DNA of 64,000 bases from Octopus bimaculoides (lineage: Eukaryota): NCBI RefSeq assembly GCF_001194135.2, contig NC_068986.1:103189384-103253383 (forward strand), given 5' to 3'. Of the stretch, positions 12,337-24,572 are shown piece by piece (positions within the stretch are counted from its first letter, which is position 1; each line of letters opens with the position of its first letter). The notes under the pieces were generated by a model, which was not told the origin of the DNA, searched no databases, and saw nothing but the letters and a program-made list of their open reading frames with translations. The position numbers and the translations under genes were made by a program.

Positions 12337-13540
12337 ACTATACTTCTTCCATTAAGTTGGTTATGAGCCAACGAGAATCATCTAAGAGAACATTTAACCT
12401 GATATAAATAGCAAAACCTATCCTTCAAGATCCCTATCACTCTCTTGGAAAAAAAGCCATTTGCAATGAAATGTTTGAGTTTCTTGTGTAGAGGCATAAA
12501 TGGATTGGTCACAGCTAGAAGTTTTGTTACCATAGTTCTACGCACTCAGAACTGTGGCTAGGCAGTCCAAAGAACCAGTATAATAACTAAATACCTTTAT
12601 ATAATTGACTATAAATTTACAAAGCACTAAAGAACAAAATAATAATGCGTATATATATTTTTGACACCAGAACGAAATGGCATTTTCTGCTGAATTTCTT
12701 CTCGAAGAAAGAATTACTCTCTATAGTCATTTTGTGAAAATACTCACTAAGCTCTAAACGACCTTAGCAGATTTCCAGACGCAGTAATTTGGTATGATTT
12801 CATTCGTCAAGGATATAACATATTTCATAATCTATTAACATTTTTTTCTCCATTACTCTATATACTCTGAGTTCCAACTTTTGCTTTCGTACCTTTAGCG
12901 AAATAAACTCATAAAATATTGTATTTGATATTGGACTCAAAATGTATTTCAACCAAAAGATAATTGTCTACCTTGTCAATAATACCGTCAGTGTAAATTT
13001 GTTTTAATAAAATACGTTATTAAATCGATCTCTGGTCCCTTTCCATCGAAATTACAAAAGCAAACATAACTCAGAATCAATCTCATACACATTTCGTTCG
13101 TAAGTTTTTCTTTAAGTTATTTTTATATTACTCATCTACGCATAATAGGTTAGATGTAAAAAAAGAATTGTTTACGATAGCAACCAAAATTGTTGTTTTA
13201 GTGTTTTCTAGTACATTAACTATATAAATCTTACTACATTTCATATATATTTCTAAAGGCTTTTCCATAAAATACTCGTATCAATAAAGTAAAAAATACA
13301 TTTTTCTTAAAACATTTATCGCCTTTGATGTGATTAATTGTGTTTCATATACAATTCTATGGTACTTTCCATATCATAAGAAATCGACTGAATAAACCCA
13401 TTATTACTGATATATATTTCATAAAGTATTTGGTTATATAAGAAACGAATTTTTAAACCTAATACACACATGATTTTTTATGCTTCTTTGTAAATAAACT
13501 CAAACCCGTTTCCACACAAAACAATTTCTATAAACATGGG

Positions 13541-14027
13541 CGCCGGCATGACTTCGTGGTTAACAATTTCGCTTTGCAATCATCATGTGATCTTAGGTTC
13601 AGTTACCCGATCTGCTATTTTTCTCCTTATTGCTATATACTGAATAGAATACTCGGATAGATATATTTATGCATCACAAATATTTGTATAATCATTTATT
13701 TCTCTAAGATATTTTTACACTGTTTATCCACTATATTCATCTACTATAGCCTCGGTACGACCAAGAACTTGTGGGTAGATTTAGTAGACAGAAACTGAAA
13801 GAAGCCTATCGTGCATGCTTATGTCCGTGTGTCTGTATTTGTCCCTACGCAACCGCTTAACATCCGATGTTGGTACGTTTACGTACCCGAAGTATAGCGG
13901 TTCGACAAAAGGGTACAATATATGTACAATACTTACAAAGAATTAAGTACTGAGGTCTATTTCTTCGACCAAATCTTCTTAAGGTGCTGCTCCAGCCAGG
14001 AGTCAAATGGCTGAAACAAGTGATAGA
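13541..14027 (+). mobile_element. SINE family B, old copy with an internal insertion
   Basis: Head GGCGCCGGCATGACTTCGTGGTTAA, core CTACTATAGCCTCGGTACGACCAAG...GAAACTGAAAGAAGCC, tail ...GGTGCTGCTCCAGC...CAAATGGCTGAAACAAG. Confidence 0.7.
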
Positions 14028-14154
14028 ATAAATATATATATGTATATATATATATATATATATNNNNNNNNNNNNNNNNNNNNNNNNNNNNNNNNNNNNN
14101 NNNNNNNNNNNNNNNNNNNNNNNNNNNNNNNNNNNNNNNNNNNNNNNNNNNNNN

Positions 14155-14202
<48 letters not shown>

Positions 14203-14862
14203 TGTGTGTCTGTGTGTCTGTGTGTGTGTAAGTGTGCGTGTGTGAATTATTCGAACTTTTATATCGAATTTACCTTTCGAATCTCGAAAACACGCTGCTT
14301 CCTTTCCTATATTAATTACATCGGAGAAACGCACTGTTGAAAACGCTCCAACTAGATTTGTATTTTTGTGAGCGCGGACAGGGAATTAATGAAATAATGA
14401 AACGCCCCGAGCAGAAGAAAATTTTAGAGAGAATTTCATACATAGATTCCTCTTATATTACATAAATATCATTCACAGTCAACCGAATATTTAGATGATT
14501 ATCAGAATGTTAAACTATTTCTCTCTCACAATATGTCTAAATTTAATAAGAAAAGAGAATCAAACAACTTTATATGTATATGTATCGTCTTTATTTTTTA
14601 AATGAGATTGTGATTATGGAACTGCAATGCTGAGAATAAATTCTAAAAGTGAAATTGAAATACACATTCTGTGGAGTAATTGATTTAGTAATGATCTGAA
14701 TATAATTTTCTTTAACTTTATTTTATCTAGTTTTAAGTGAATTATTTGCAACAATGTGGTTTTCAGTTCAGTTCTGGAATTTCTTCACAAATGTGTGTGT
14801 GTGTGTGTGTAGATAGATAGATAAATAGACAGACAGAGAAAAAGAGATAGATGAATGGATAG

Positions 14863-14919
<57 letters not shown>

Positions 14920-14930
14920 CCCATAGATAG

Positions 14931-14968
<38 letters not shown>

Positions 14969-14978
14969 GGACAGACAA

Positions 14979-15021
<43 letters not shown>

Positions 15022-15420
15022 CATTTCTTTTATTAGCCACACAGGGCTCAACGAAGATGGGACAAATACAATGTAGAGCTTTTCTTTTTGGGAGGGGGAA
15101 GGAAGGAAAAAAAAAGATAGACAGACGGACAGACAAATAGATACATAGATAGATAGATAGATAACTTTCTTTATTATCCACATAGGGCCGAACACAGAGG
15201 GGACAAAATACAATGCAGAGCTTTTATTCTCGAAAGGAAAAAAAGAAGAAATTAGAAGGAAAAGAAGGGAAAAAATCTGACCGCAAGGAATCGTGTACAA
15301 AAAAGAAAAAAAAGAAGGTCAAAAGGGATCGTATATCACAGAACAGAGCAAAAAAAAGGTTTATCTGTGGAAAGAAAAGCTTACGAAAAGACCACGGTAA
15401 CCTTAGGCAGGGAGGGAAAA
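15022..15420 (-). mobile_element. Two 3'-end fragments (15022-15105 and 15162-15420) of a retroelement, probably a LINE 3'UTR, each ending in (TATC)n
   Basis: Both read ...AAAAGCTCT(A/G)CATTGTATTTGTCCC.TCT..GTT..GCCCT.TGTGG.TAATAAA on the minus strand, followed by GATA repeats. No ORF is visible, so LINE identity is inferred. Confidence 0.55.
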
Positions 15421-15424
15421 AATC

Positions 15425-15865
15425 AAGGATGCGAGCTGGCAGAAACGTTAGCACGTCGGGCGAAATGTTTAGCGGTATTTCGTCTTCTTTACGTGTCGAG
15501 TTCAAATTCCACCGAGGTTGACTTTCCCCTTCATTCTTCCGGGGTCGATAAATTAAGTAACAGTTGCGTACTGGAGTCGATCTAATCGATGGGCCCCCTC
15601 ACAAAAAATCTCGGGCCTTGTGCGTAGAGTAGAAACGAATATATCAAGACGGCGAGCTGGCAGAAACGTTAGCACGCCGGGTGAAATGCTTAGTGTTATT
15701 TCGTCTGTCTTTATGTTCTGAATTCAAATTGCGCCAAGGTCGACTTTGCCATTTATCCTTTCGGGGTCGATAGATTAAGTACCAGTTGCGTAGTAGGGTC
15801 AATCTAATCAAATAGCGCCCTCTCCCAAAATTTCGAGCCTTGCGCCTAGAGTAGAAAAGCATATC
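15425..15865 (+). mobile_element. Two head-to-tail copies of tRNA-derived SINE family A
   Basis: Both begin GCGAGCTGGCAGAAACGTTAGCACG.CGGG.GAAATG, carry a B-box-like (G/A)TTCAAATT and end GCCTTG.GC.TAGAGTAGAAA. Copies at 15425-15645 and 15646-15865. Confidence 0.9.
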
Positions 15866-16136
15866 TGTAATATATATACTCCTCAAGGCCTAACAGTTTA
15901 GCTTACGAGACAAATGTCGTTCTGTCGATTTTGCAACTTAGATGTGTTTAGTGTAGACATGGCGTTCGAATGCTGTAAGCAATGTTTCTACTTTTCGCGC
16001 TCTATTCTAGTCTAGATTTATTGCCTATTTAACATATACATATAAATCTATGATTTATATATATATACGCATATATACATGTATACATATACGTATATAT
16101 ATATGTATATATATATAGATATGCATAAATAAATAA

Positions 16137-16179
<43 letters not shown>

Positions 16180-16701
16180 NNNNNNNNNNNNNNNNNNNNN
16201 NNNNNNNNNNNNNNNNNNNNNNNNNNNNNNNNNNNNNNNNNNNNNNNNNNNNNNNNNNNNNNNNNNNNNNNNNNNNNNNNNNNNNNNNNNNNNNNNNNNN
16301 NNNNNNNNNNNNNNNNNNNNNNNNNNNNNNNNNNNNNNNNNNNNNNNNNNNNNNNNNNNNNNNNNNNNNNNNNNNNNNNNNNNNNNNNNNNNNNNNNNNN
16401 NNNNNNNNNNNNNNNNNNNNNNNNNNNNNNNNNNNNNNNNNNNNNNNNNNNNNNNNNNNNNNNNNNNNNNNNNNNNNNNNNNNNNNNNNNNNNNNNNNNN
16501 NNNNNNNNNNNNNNNNNNNNNNNNNNNNNNNNNNNNNNNNNNNNNNNNNNNNNNNNNNNNNNNNNNNNNNNNNNNNNNNNNNNNNNNNNNNNNNNNNNNN
16601 NNNNNNNNNNNNNNNNNNNNNNNNNNNNNNNNNNNNNNNNNNNNNNNNNNNNNNNNNNNNNNNNNNNNNNNNNNNNNNNNNNNNNNNNNNNNNNNNNNNN
16701 N

Positions 16702-16768
<67 letters not shown>

Positions 16769-17078
16769 ACACTTGTAATAGTAGACACTCACTTGCATAT
16801 ATATATGTACGAGTGTATGTATAAGAAGAAAACGCTGTCGGAATCACTCAATAAAATATAAAGCTGTTACATTCACATTGAATTCAAACTTATTTCGTGA
16901 AATTTCAAAGAATCTGTCGCATAGTTGTGACCTGGCTACTTACCCCATCTCCTCTGTAACAGCTTGGAACTTTCTAGTTTTCTTTGTACGTTTCATTTAG
17001 CTTTGACACCTCATGAAACTTATCGAAATTTTATGTGTTATTAACAGGAATGTATGCAAATAGCTTTTCCATCTTATA

Positions 17079-17944
17079 CATGATGCGATGGTTAAATTGT
17101 CGCCATTTAAATTTTTAATTACCGCACGCGCGTTGTTTGTCTTTGATTTTGTCGAATACACAGAATTCTAGGGTCTGTGAGAAAAACTGCACTTTGACGC
17201 AAATCACTCAGACAGAAATTTGGAAAAAAACTTGCTGTACTGCTTGGCATTTGCGCCGGAAGCTCTAATACGAACAGATGGTGAAAACACAGAAACAAGC
17301 TTTGGCGTGCCGTGTCCCCAAATCATGTACCGAGATTGATAAAAATGAAGAATCCAGTGAACATCATGGTATTTGGAGTGATCACTAGGAAAGATGGTGA
17401 CGTTATGCCTCCAATTCATCTTCACGGCTTCAAACTCAACACGGAGGCCTACACCAAGTGTCTCGATGAGGTAGTACTACCCTGGTTAAAGAGGCTGGCT
17501 ACTGGAAAACCCTATGTCTGGCAAAAGATTCTGCACCATGCCACACAAGCAGGTGAACCCAGTCATAGCTGTCAGACAATTTCTGCGACCACATCACCCC
17601 TAACATCTGACCACCTAACTCCCCAGACTGCAACCTCCTTGATTATTATGTGCGGAGCGCAGTTGAGCGAAAGACCAACAAAACTCCTTGTAATACCAAA
17701 GATGAGTTCAAGACAAGGATTATCGCAGCACTCACCAATTTAAACAAGGAGATCGTCTAGAAGATTTGCAGATTTCGATGTTGTCTGGAGGTCGTAGCTG
17801 AAGCCAAATACGAATTCATTGAATAAATTTACTCTTTAGTATTTCAAGAGATTTTTATGTAATTTTCGTAAATGTATCTGTTAAAATGAGATGTCAGGGT
17901 TATTTTCATTTTTGCGTAATTTAGACGACAATTTATTCACCCTG
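17079..17944 (+). mobile_element. Internally deleted maT-family (DD37D) transposon remnant
   Basis: IMVFGVIT..GDVMPP...KPYVWQ, then after a frameshift DSAPCHTSR*TQS*LSDNFCDHITPNI*PPNSPDCNLLDYYV (37 residues between the two Asp). C-terminus ...EVVAEAKYEFIE*. Degenerate TIRs share TAAATTGTCG at about 17097 and, inverted, at about 17927. Confidence 0.85.
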
Positions 17945-17945
17945 C

Positions 17946-18002
<57 letters not shown>

Positions 18003-18004
18003 GT

Positions 18005-18210
18005 GTCTGTGCTTGTTCCCTCATCACTGCTTGATAACCGGTGTTGGTGTGTTAATGTCTCTTTTGCTTAGCGGTTCGGCAAAAGAACTAAAAAGATAAG
18101 TTCAATGCTTGAAAATAAAAAAAATAAGTCTTGGGGTTGATTCCTTCGACTAAAATCCTTCAAATTGATGCCTCACCATAACCAAAGTCAAATGACTGAA
18201 ACAATATAAG
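18005..18210 (+). mobile_element. SINE B 3' part, preceded by (GT)n
   Basis: GCTTGATAACCGGTGTTGGTGTG...TTAGCGGTTCGGCAAAAG...CAAATGACTGAAACA. Confidence 0.8.
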
Positions 18211-18429
18211 AATGAAGGAAACCGCGAAGTTACTATCAATAAATGAATACAAAAACCAAATGTTTTATTACCTGACATTCGTTGTTGATTTTTGCATAAT
18301 GTTTAACCAGAGAAAGGCAGCGAGCTGGCAGGAAGTGTTCGTTAAGTGTTTACGTGAATGAGAAAAGCTATGCTTATAAAGGTTAGGTCAGACGGAACTG
18401 TTGGCATGTTAAGGTATGTCCTAGTGACG

Positions 18430-18800
18430 TGGTAGACGAGTGAGAAATAAGTATAACATACTATTGTTAATTTCTGTCTCATGCTGCTTGTTGAGAATAA
18501 CATCTTTGATACTCATGTTACTTAATATCCCGGTCAATAGCAAAAACGATTAGTTCTATTCCACGCTTACGACATTTGACGAAGTTTTTCTTAAGCGAGA
18601 AACTGCCTGCGTATAAAAGTTCCTGAATCCGGGTGTAGAGTTTTCGTATTGTGCTACCGAAACAGCAATACCCACATTTATCGAATTTTACTTGTACTCT
18701 ACTTATGGACGATTCCATTCAAAATTCATTCTTTTGACCGAATTTTCTTCCCAACCACATTAGCCTTAGTCTCACCTAATTTTTCGATAATCGAAGAGTA
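18430..18800 (-). mobile_element. Penelope-like element fragment: degenerate GIY-YIG endonuclease
   Basis: Minus strand reads ...ILNGIVHK, then after a frameshift DKCGYCCFGSTIRKLYTRIQEL...IELIVFAIDRD. This matches the PLE pattern GIVY-x-C-x2-C-x3-YIGST-x-R-x-L-x2-R-x2-EH. Confidence 0.6.
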
Positions 18801-18924
18801 CTCACAGTCAAAATATGGTCGAATAAACAAGTAGAAGCATGACATGTGACCTTCATGTCAGTTTAGTTATATCAGGTCTATATCTACATTTGTATGTACG
18901 TACTAAAACGTAAAATAAAAACAG

Positions 18925-19034
18925 AATCACAAAGAAAAAAGAAAAAGAGAGAGAAAAGTCCGCTTAGTATTATCCATGGATAATACTAAGCGGACTTTTC
19001 CTTTTTCTCTCTTCTTTCTATTTTCTTTGTGATT
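18925..19034. repeat. Palindrome or foldback: perfect 48-bp inverted repeat with imperfect purine/pyrimidine arms
   Basis: 18953-19000 GAAAAGTCCGCTTAGTATTATCCA|TGGATAATACTAAGCGGACTTTTC with no spacer. Outer AATCACAAAGAAAA (about 18925) pairs with TTTTCTTTGTGATT (19021-19034). Confidence 0.95.
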
Positions 19035-20005
19035 TTTCTTTCTGATTTAATCTTGGGACTGAAAATGTTTGCGGCTGAAGATAGCTTTAAACCATCCTTT
19101 CTATCAATTATATAGTCATATAATGATGCAATGACAGTTCGTGTATAAAGCTTGAAACACATGTACCGCGGAATCCTTTGTGTTCTGTTTTCATTTTACG
19201 TTATAATATATTCTTTCACCTCGGCCACTATCTGGCATATACAGGTGCTTACACTTATCAAGTATTACCTCTAAAATTTACAATACCTATGTACGTACGT
19301 ATGTATGTATGTTTGTGTGCGTGTGCGTGTGTGTTTGTGTGTGCATATTCTATGATTGGCTTAGACATAGCGATACTAATAATCGGCTGTTATTAGTGTA
19401 TACATTTATACTTCAGAGTAAAGAGTTAGAGGATTACAATGTTTAATATCAATTACAGAAAGATAAAGAGAGGGAAATTAAGTAGTCACATTCTATAGCT
19501 TACGGCCGTTTCCGCAATCAGATGCAGTGCATTCGCGGCTAAGGGACTACATACCTTATTCGGGGCCATTAAATGCATATATGCATACACAGGTAAATAG
19601 ACTGATAAATATATAAACAGAAAAATACAAACAGGTGGAGAGACGGACACAGACACACAGACAGGTAGATAGATAGATAGATAGATAGATATGTAGGTAG
19701 GTAGGTAGGTAGGTAGGTAGGTAGGAAGGTAGGTAGGTAGGTAGGTAGGTAGGTAGGCAGGTTGGTATGTAGGCAGGTAAGAAGGTGGGTACTCATACAT
19801 TCGCATGCTAACGTAATTATATGAAAATGTTGTCTATATATATTCTTACGCACATGTAAATATCGTACAGGTTAGCAATATTCGTATATACATATATAGA
19901 AATATGTTTAATTGTATAAAAACTTGTATATAATTCTATCAAATTGTTAATCGTGCCAAATAAATAGTAATATAGAAAGCATTTTATATATTATGTAAAA
20001 CAGAG

Positions 20006-20059
<54 letters not shown>

Positions 20060-21504
20060 GAGTGAATTTGTGTTGGTGTGTAGGTATGTATATAGCTGCA
20101 AGTTATGGAAGCATATACGTATATTTCCTTGTTTAAATAGGAGCTTGTATTCGTGAGCTTAGGTGATCATTTGTTCATAATTCGCGTACATAATCATGTA
20201 TGACGGCATGTTGCGCATGGTTCTCCTTTAATAATTCATTGCATGACATAACAACAGATAAATGTCTAAAAGCGCTTCGATGTATCCGTATATTTCTATA
20301 TGCACCTATCAATGTGTTTATTTCAGAAGTGTGCTTATGGTGCGTGTGAACCACCATGTGTTTTTCGTGATATATATGTGCGTGCGTGATTATATATATA
20401 TATATATATATATNNNNNNNNNNNNNNNNNNNNNNNNNNNNNNNNNNNNNNNNNNNNNNNNNNNNNNNNNNNNNNNNNNNNNNNNNNNNNNNNNNNNNNN
20501 NNNNNNNNNNNNNNNNNNNNNNNNNNNNNNNNNNNNNNNNNNNNNNNNNNNNNNNNNNNNNNNNNNNNNNNNNNNNNNNNNNNNNNNNNNNNNNNNNNNN
20601 NNNNNNNNNNNNNNNNNNNNNNNNNNNNNNNNNNNNNNNNNNNNNNNNNNNNNNNNNNNNNNNNNNNNNNNNNNNNNNNNNNNNNNNNNNNNNNNNNNNN
20701 NNNNNNNNNNNNNNNNNNNNNNNNNNNNNNNNNNNNNNNNNNNNNNNNNNNNNNNNNNNNNNNNNNNNNNNNNNNNNNNNNNNNNNNNNNNNNNNNNNNN
20801 NNNNNNNNNNNNNNNNNNNNNNNNNNNNNNNNNNNNNNNNNNNNNNNNNNNNNNNNNNNNNNNNNNNNNNNNNNNNNNNNNNNNNNNNNNNNNNNNNNNN
20901 NNNNNNNNNNNNNNNNNNNNNNNNNNNNNNNNNNNNNNNNNNNNNNNNNNNNNNNNNNNNNNNNNNNNNNNNNNNNNNNNNNNNNNNNNNNNNNNNNNNN
21001 NNNNNNNNNNNNNNNNNNNNNNNNNNNNNNNNNNNNNNNNNNNNNNNNNNNNNNNNNNNNNNNNNNNNNNNNNNNNNNNNNNNNNNNNNNNNNNNNNNNN
21101 NNNNNATGTATGAATGTATGCATGTATATATATATAAGCAGTTATAGATGCTTCTATTCATGTATGTAATGTATCTATGTGTTTTTATACATAAATGTAC
21201 ATTATATATAGTTTGTTCGTGTATGTTTTAGCGGTTGCAGCTAGAGGCTATCCCCATGCTGGGGTGCAACTATTATATATAAAACGAAAACGCCATCTCA
21301 TTGTGTTTATTGAAATATATGTATATGTCAAGTATAGAATACGCTTAGAAATGGTTGAATATATGGAATGCAGCTCTTATCAGTTATATGAAGATGGTTA
21401 AAATGACAAGAAGGAGCCTTTATATTTACATCATCAAAAACCATTGAAAACACATAAAAAATGTATTCCGTGTAAGTCCCTTATAATGAATAACACTTCA
21501 TACA

Positions 21505-22385
21505 CCATAGATGGAAGCATGGCAGCGTGGTTCAGAAACTCGCTTTCCAACCAAATGATTTCAGGTTTAGTCTCTCTGCGCGGAGCTTTGGGGGAAATGT
21601 CTTCTGCTATAACCATTCACTGACCAAGGCATTGTGCGTGAATTTAGTAGACAGAATTACTGTGCCTGACCATTATGTGTATGTATATATGTATGTATGT
21701 ATGTGTGTGCGTATATATATGTATGTATGTATATATATGTATGTATGNNNNNNNNNNNNNNNNNNNNNNNNNNNNNNNNNNNNNNNNNNNNNNNNNNNNN
21801 NNNNNNNNNNNNNNNNNNNNNNNNNNNNNNNNNNNNNNNNNNNNNNNNNNNNNNNNNNNNNNNNNNNNNNNNNNNNNNNNNNNNNNNNNNNNNNNNNNNN
21901 NNNNNNNNNNNNNNNNNNNNNNNNNNNNNNNNNNNNNNNNNNNNNNNNNNNNNNNNNNNNNNNNNNNNNNNNNNNNNNNNNNNNNNNNNNNNNNNNNNNN
22001 NNNNNNNNNNNNNNNNNNNNNNNNNNNNNNNNNNNNNNNNNNNNNNNNNNNNNNNNNNNNNNNNNNNNNNNNNNNNNNNNNNNNNNNNNNNNNNNNNNNN
22101 NNNNNNNNNNNNNNNNNNNNNNNNNNNNNNNNNNNNNNNNNNNNNNNNNNNNNNNNNNNNNNNNNNNNNNNNNNNNNNNNNNNNNNNNNNNNNNNNNNCC
22201 CCAAAAATCGCTTGACGACAGATGCTGGTGTGTTTACGTCCCCGTAACTTAGCGGTTCGGCAAAAGAGACCGATAGAATAAGTACTACGCTTTTAAAGAA
22301 TAAGTCCTAGGGTCGATTTAGTCGACTGAAGGCGGTGCTCCAGCATGGATGCAGTCAAATGACTGAAACAAGTTAAAGAGTAAAA
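21505..22385 (+). mobile_element. SINE B with internal (TATG/TA)n and assembly gap
   Basis: Head and core at 21505-21670; tail at 22199-22385 (ATCGCTTGACGACAGATGCTGGTGTGTTTACGTCCCCGTAACTTAGCGGTTCGGCAAAAGAGACC...AAATGACTGAAACAAG). Confidence 0.8.
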
Positions 22386-22994
22386 GAGTATATACATATA
22401 TACATATATATATACATACATATATATATATATACACATATACATATATATATATTTACATATTTATTTGTATACTGTTAATTTAACCTGTTGCCAGTCT
22501 AAGTTTCACCTCTAATTACACGAGGGGTACTCGTTTATCCGACAGTTAACATATGTGTGTTTGCGTGTGTATCTGTGTTCGCGCGTGCGTATGTGCGTGT
22601 GCGCGTAATTTAGTCTTTAATACACATTACAGTTATCATCAAGCATCTGTTAAAACACGAGTAGTGTTTGTGAGTATTCTCTTGGTTCTGGACACATGGC
22701 CTATAACAGTTACAAATGAGGACAACAGATAGAGAGATATGACAAATAAACGAGATGAAGGTGGCTTCAAATGAGGGTATCATGAAAAAAAAAAAACCGG
22801 AAAAATTTTTTAAACGATAAGAATTAGAATTATGTCCCCTTCGACAGTACAGCCGTAAGGCTAGATTGTGTCGGATCAATGGAAGGCGCCTAAAGTCTAC
22901 GATACAGCTGCTCAATCCAGAGCGGGAGTCTCCAATTCGCTATACCACCCTGTCCAGATTGAGGATATTCGTGTTTGAAAGTATGTATAGGCAT

Positions 22995-23185
22995 GTGTAT
23001 GTATTGTTGCATCTGTCCCTCCACTAGCGCTTGATAGTCAGTGTTGGTTCGTTTACATCTCGGTAAAATAAACCGATAATTCTAGTACCAGACCTGGAAA
23101 ATGAATACTGGGTTCGATTCGTTCGACTAAATATTTTAAAGCGGTGTCCTCCAATTGGCATCATTTGAAAGACTGAAACAATTAA
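22995..23185 (+). mobile_element. SINE B 3' part, diverged
   Basis: CGCTTGATAGTCAGTGTTGGTTCGTTTACATCTC...GTTCGACTAAA...AAAGACTGAAACAA. Confidence 0.65.
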
Positions 23186-23582
23186 AAGAAGGAAGTCTAA
23201 TTAGTATGGTATATTTGAACAGCATGCCGATCCCTCTCAAAACTGTTCCAATGGCGACCAGACACACTGCAAGAAATTGCATATTCTACTCCTTCGCAGA
23301 AGCGTCACAAAATATATATAACAATATCAACACGCTTCTTTATATCATAATTTCCAGAACATTCATACAGGAAAATATAGTTATAAAATCCTCAGGTGTA
23401 TGTAGTACAGTGAATTGCCGTACATAATCATTTATGTATCTTCGTAGATTCAGACGTCAATATAGTAATCGCTTATCTTAGTTAACGACGTTGTTGTGTA
23501 TACACATCATCTGGAAGGATACAGTACAACAGCGATTAAGTTACCCATATACGTATGTGATGTAAATTCTTAAGAATAAATA

Positions 23583-23717
23583 TGTACATCATAGTATTAA
23601 TTTTTACAGCTTTAAACGTACATCATATTATTAATGTACATCATATTAATGTACATCATATGTATTAATTTTTACAGCTTTTAAATACATCATAGTATTA
23701 CTTTTTACAGCTTTAGA
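23583..23717. repeat. Short minisatellite: three units of about 32 bp with internal partial duplications
   Basis: TACATCATA(G/T)GTATTA(A/C)TTTTTACAGCTTT-like unit three times, plus TACATCATATTAATG subunits. Confidence 0.8.
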
Positions 23718-24174
23718 TATTATATGAAATAAGATGGCAGGCATGACCACGTGAGCTTCATAGTGACTGAAGCGTGTTATGAGAAACATGTGTGAGAGAG
23801 ATTGAAAGAGTAATGGAATGAAGACAGGCAAGCAAAGTCGAGAATGAGGTGAAACGAAAAGACGAGATGAAAGGGAACTTGAAAGATAAGAAAGAGTTAA
23901 ACGAAATAAGAGGAGGTGCAGAGCTTGAAGGAAAAACTTCCATTTAAAACTGTTGGTAACATGTTCTCTTGTTAGAATGTGAAGAAAGACTCTACGAAAC
24001 GTCGGATTTTCTGCCCTTCGTGGCAAGTTCATTGCACTCGTTTTATCGACTTTACTAGATACATATAAGAGTGAATGTATGTTTTATGTATAGATACATA
24101 TATATTCAGCCGCATACATACACACACATATATATATATATATGTATGTCTTTGTGTTGTTATATGCATGTATT

Positions 24175-24572
24175 TGGAGTGTAGTGTCGCACAGATGCGC
24201 TATATTGAGTGACAGGCGTGCCATATTGAGATCTCACTGGCACCCACTAGCTGCTCGAGACCGGAGCGAGATCTCACAAGCTTCCGGTGGGCATGCGCAA
24301 TGAGACAGAAAGCCTTTCCGGAAGGACACCTATATAAGACAGCTCTTGAGCTTGTTCACTCTCTGTTCCCGTGCCTCTCACGCTAGAAGCAACTCGTCTC
24401 ACTATCAGCCACTCGCTGCCTCTCACCTACGACACAAGAGATGGTTAACGAGAGCCAAACTTCGAGCCTGTAAGTAAATTTTATTAGGATTTATTATCTC
24501 ACTTTGTCTTCGACTTGATACGTCGTTTGACTGGATTTAAAGTTATAATTGGAGACACAAGATACCCTACCA
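24175..24572 (+). mobile_element. Possible solo LTR (alternatively a TATA promoter with a first exon)
   Basis: GC-rich island with TATATAAG at about 24331, a downstream pyrimidine-rich tract and GTAAGT at 24470. Possible TG...CA ends at 24175 and 24572 flanked by GTATT/GTATC (5-bp TSD with one mismatch). Confidence 0.4.

Noticed and set aside
15425-15865. CRISPR-like or satellite array
   Set aside because: The units are about 220-bp SINE copies with Pol III boxes in a eukaryotic context, with no repeat-spacer structure.
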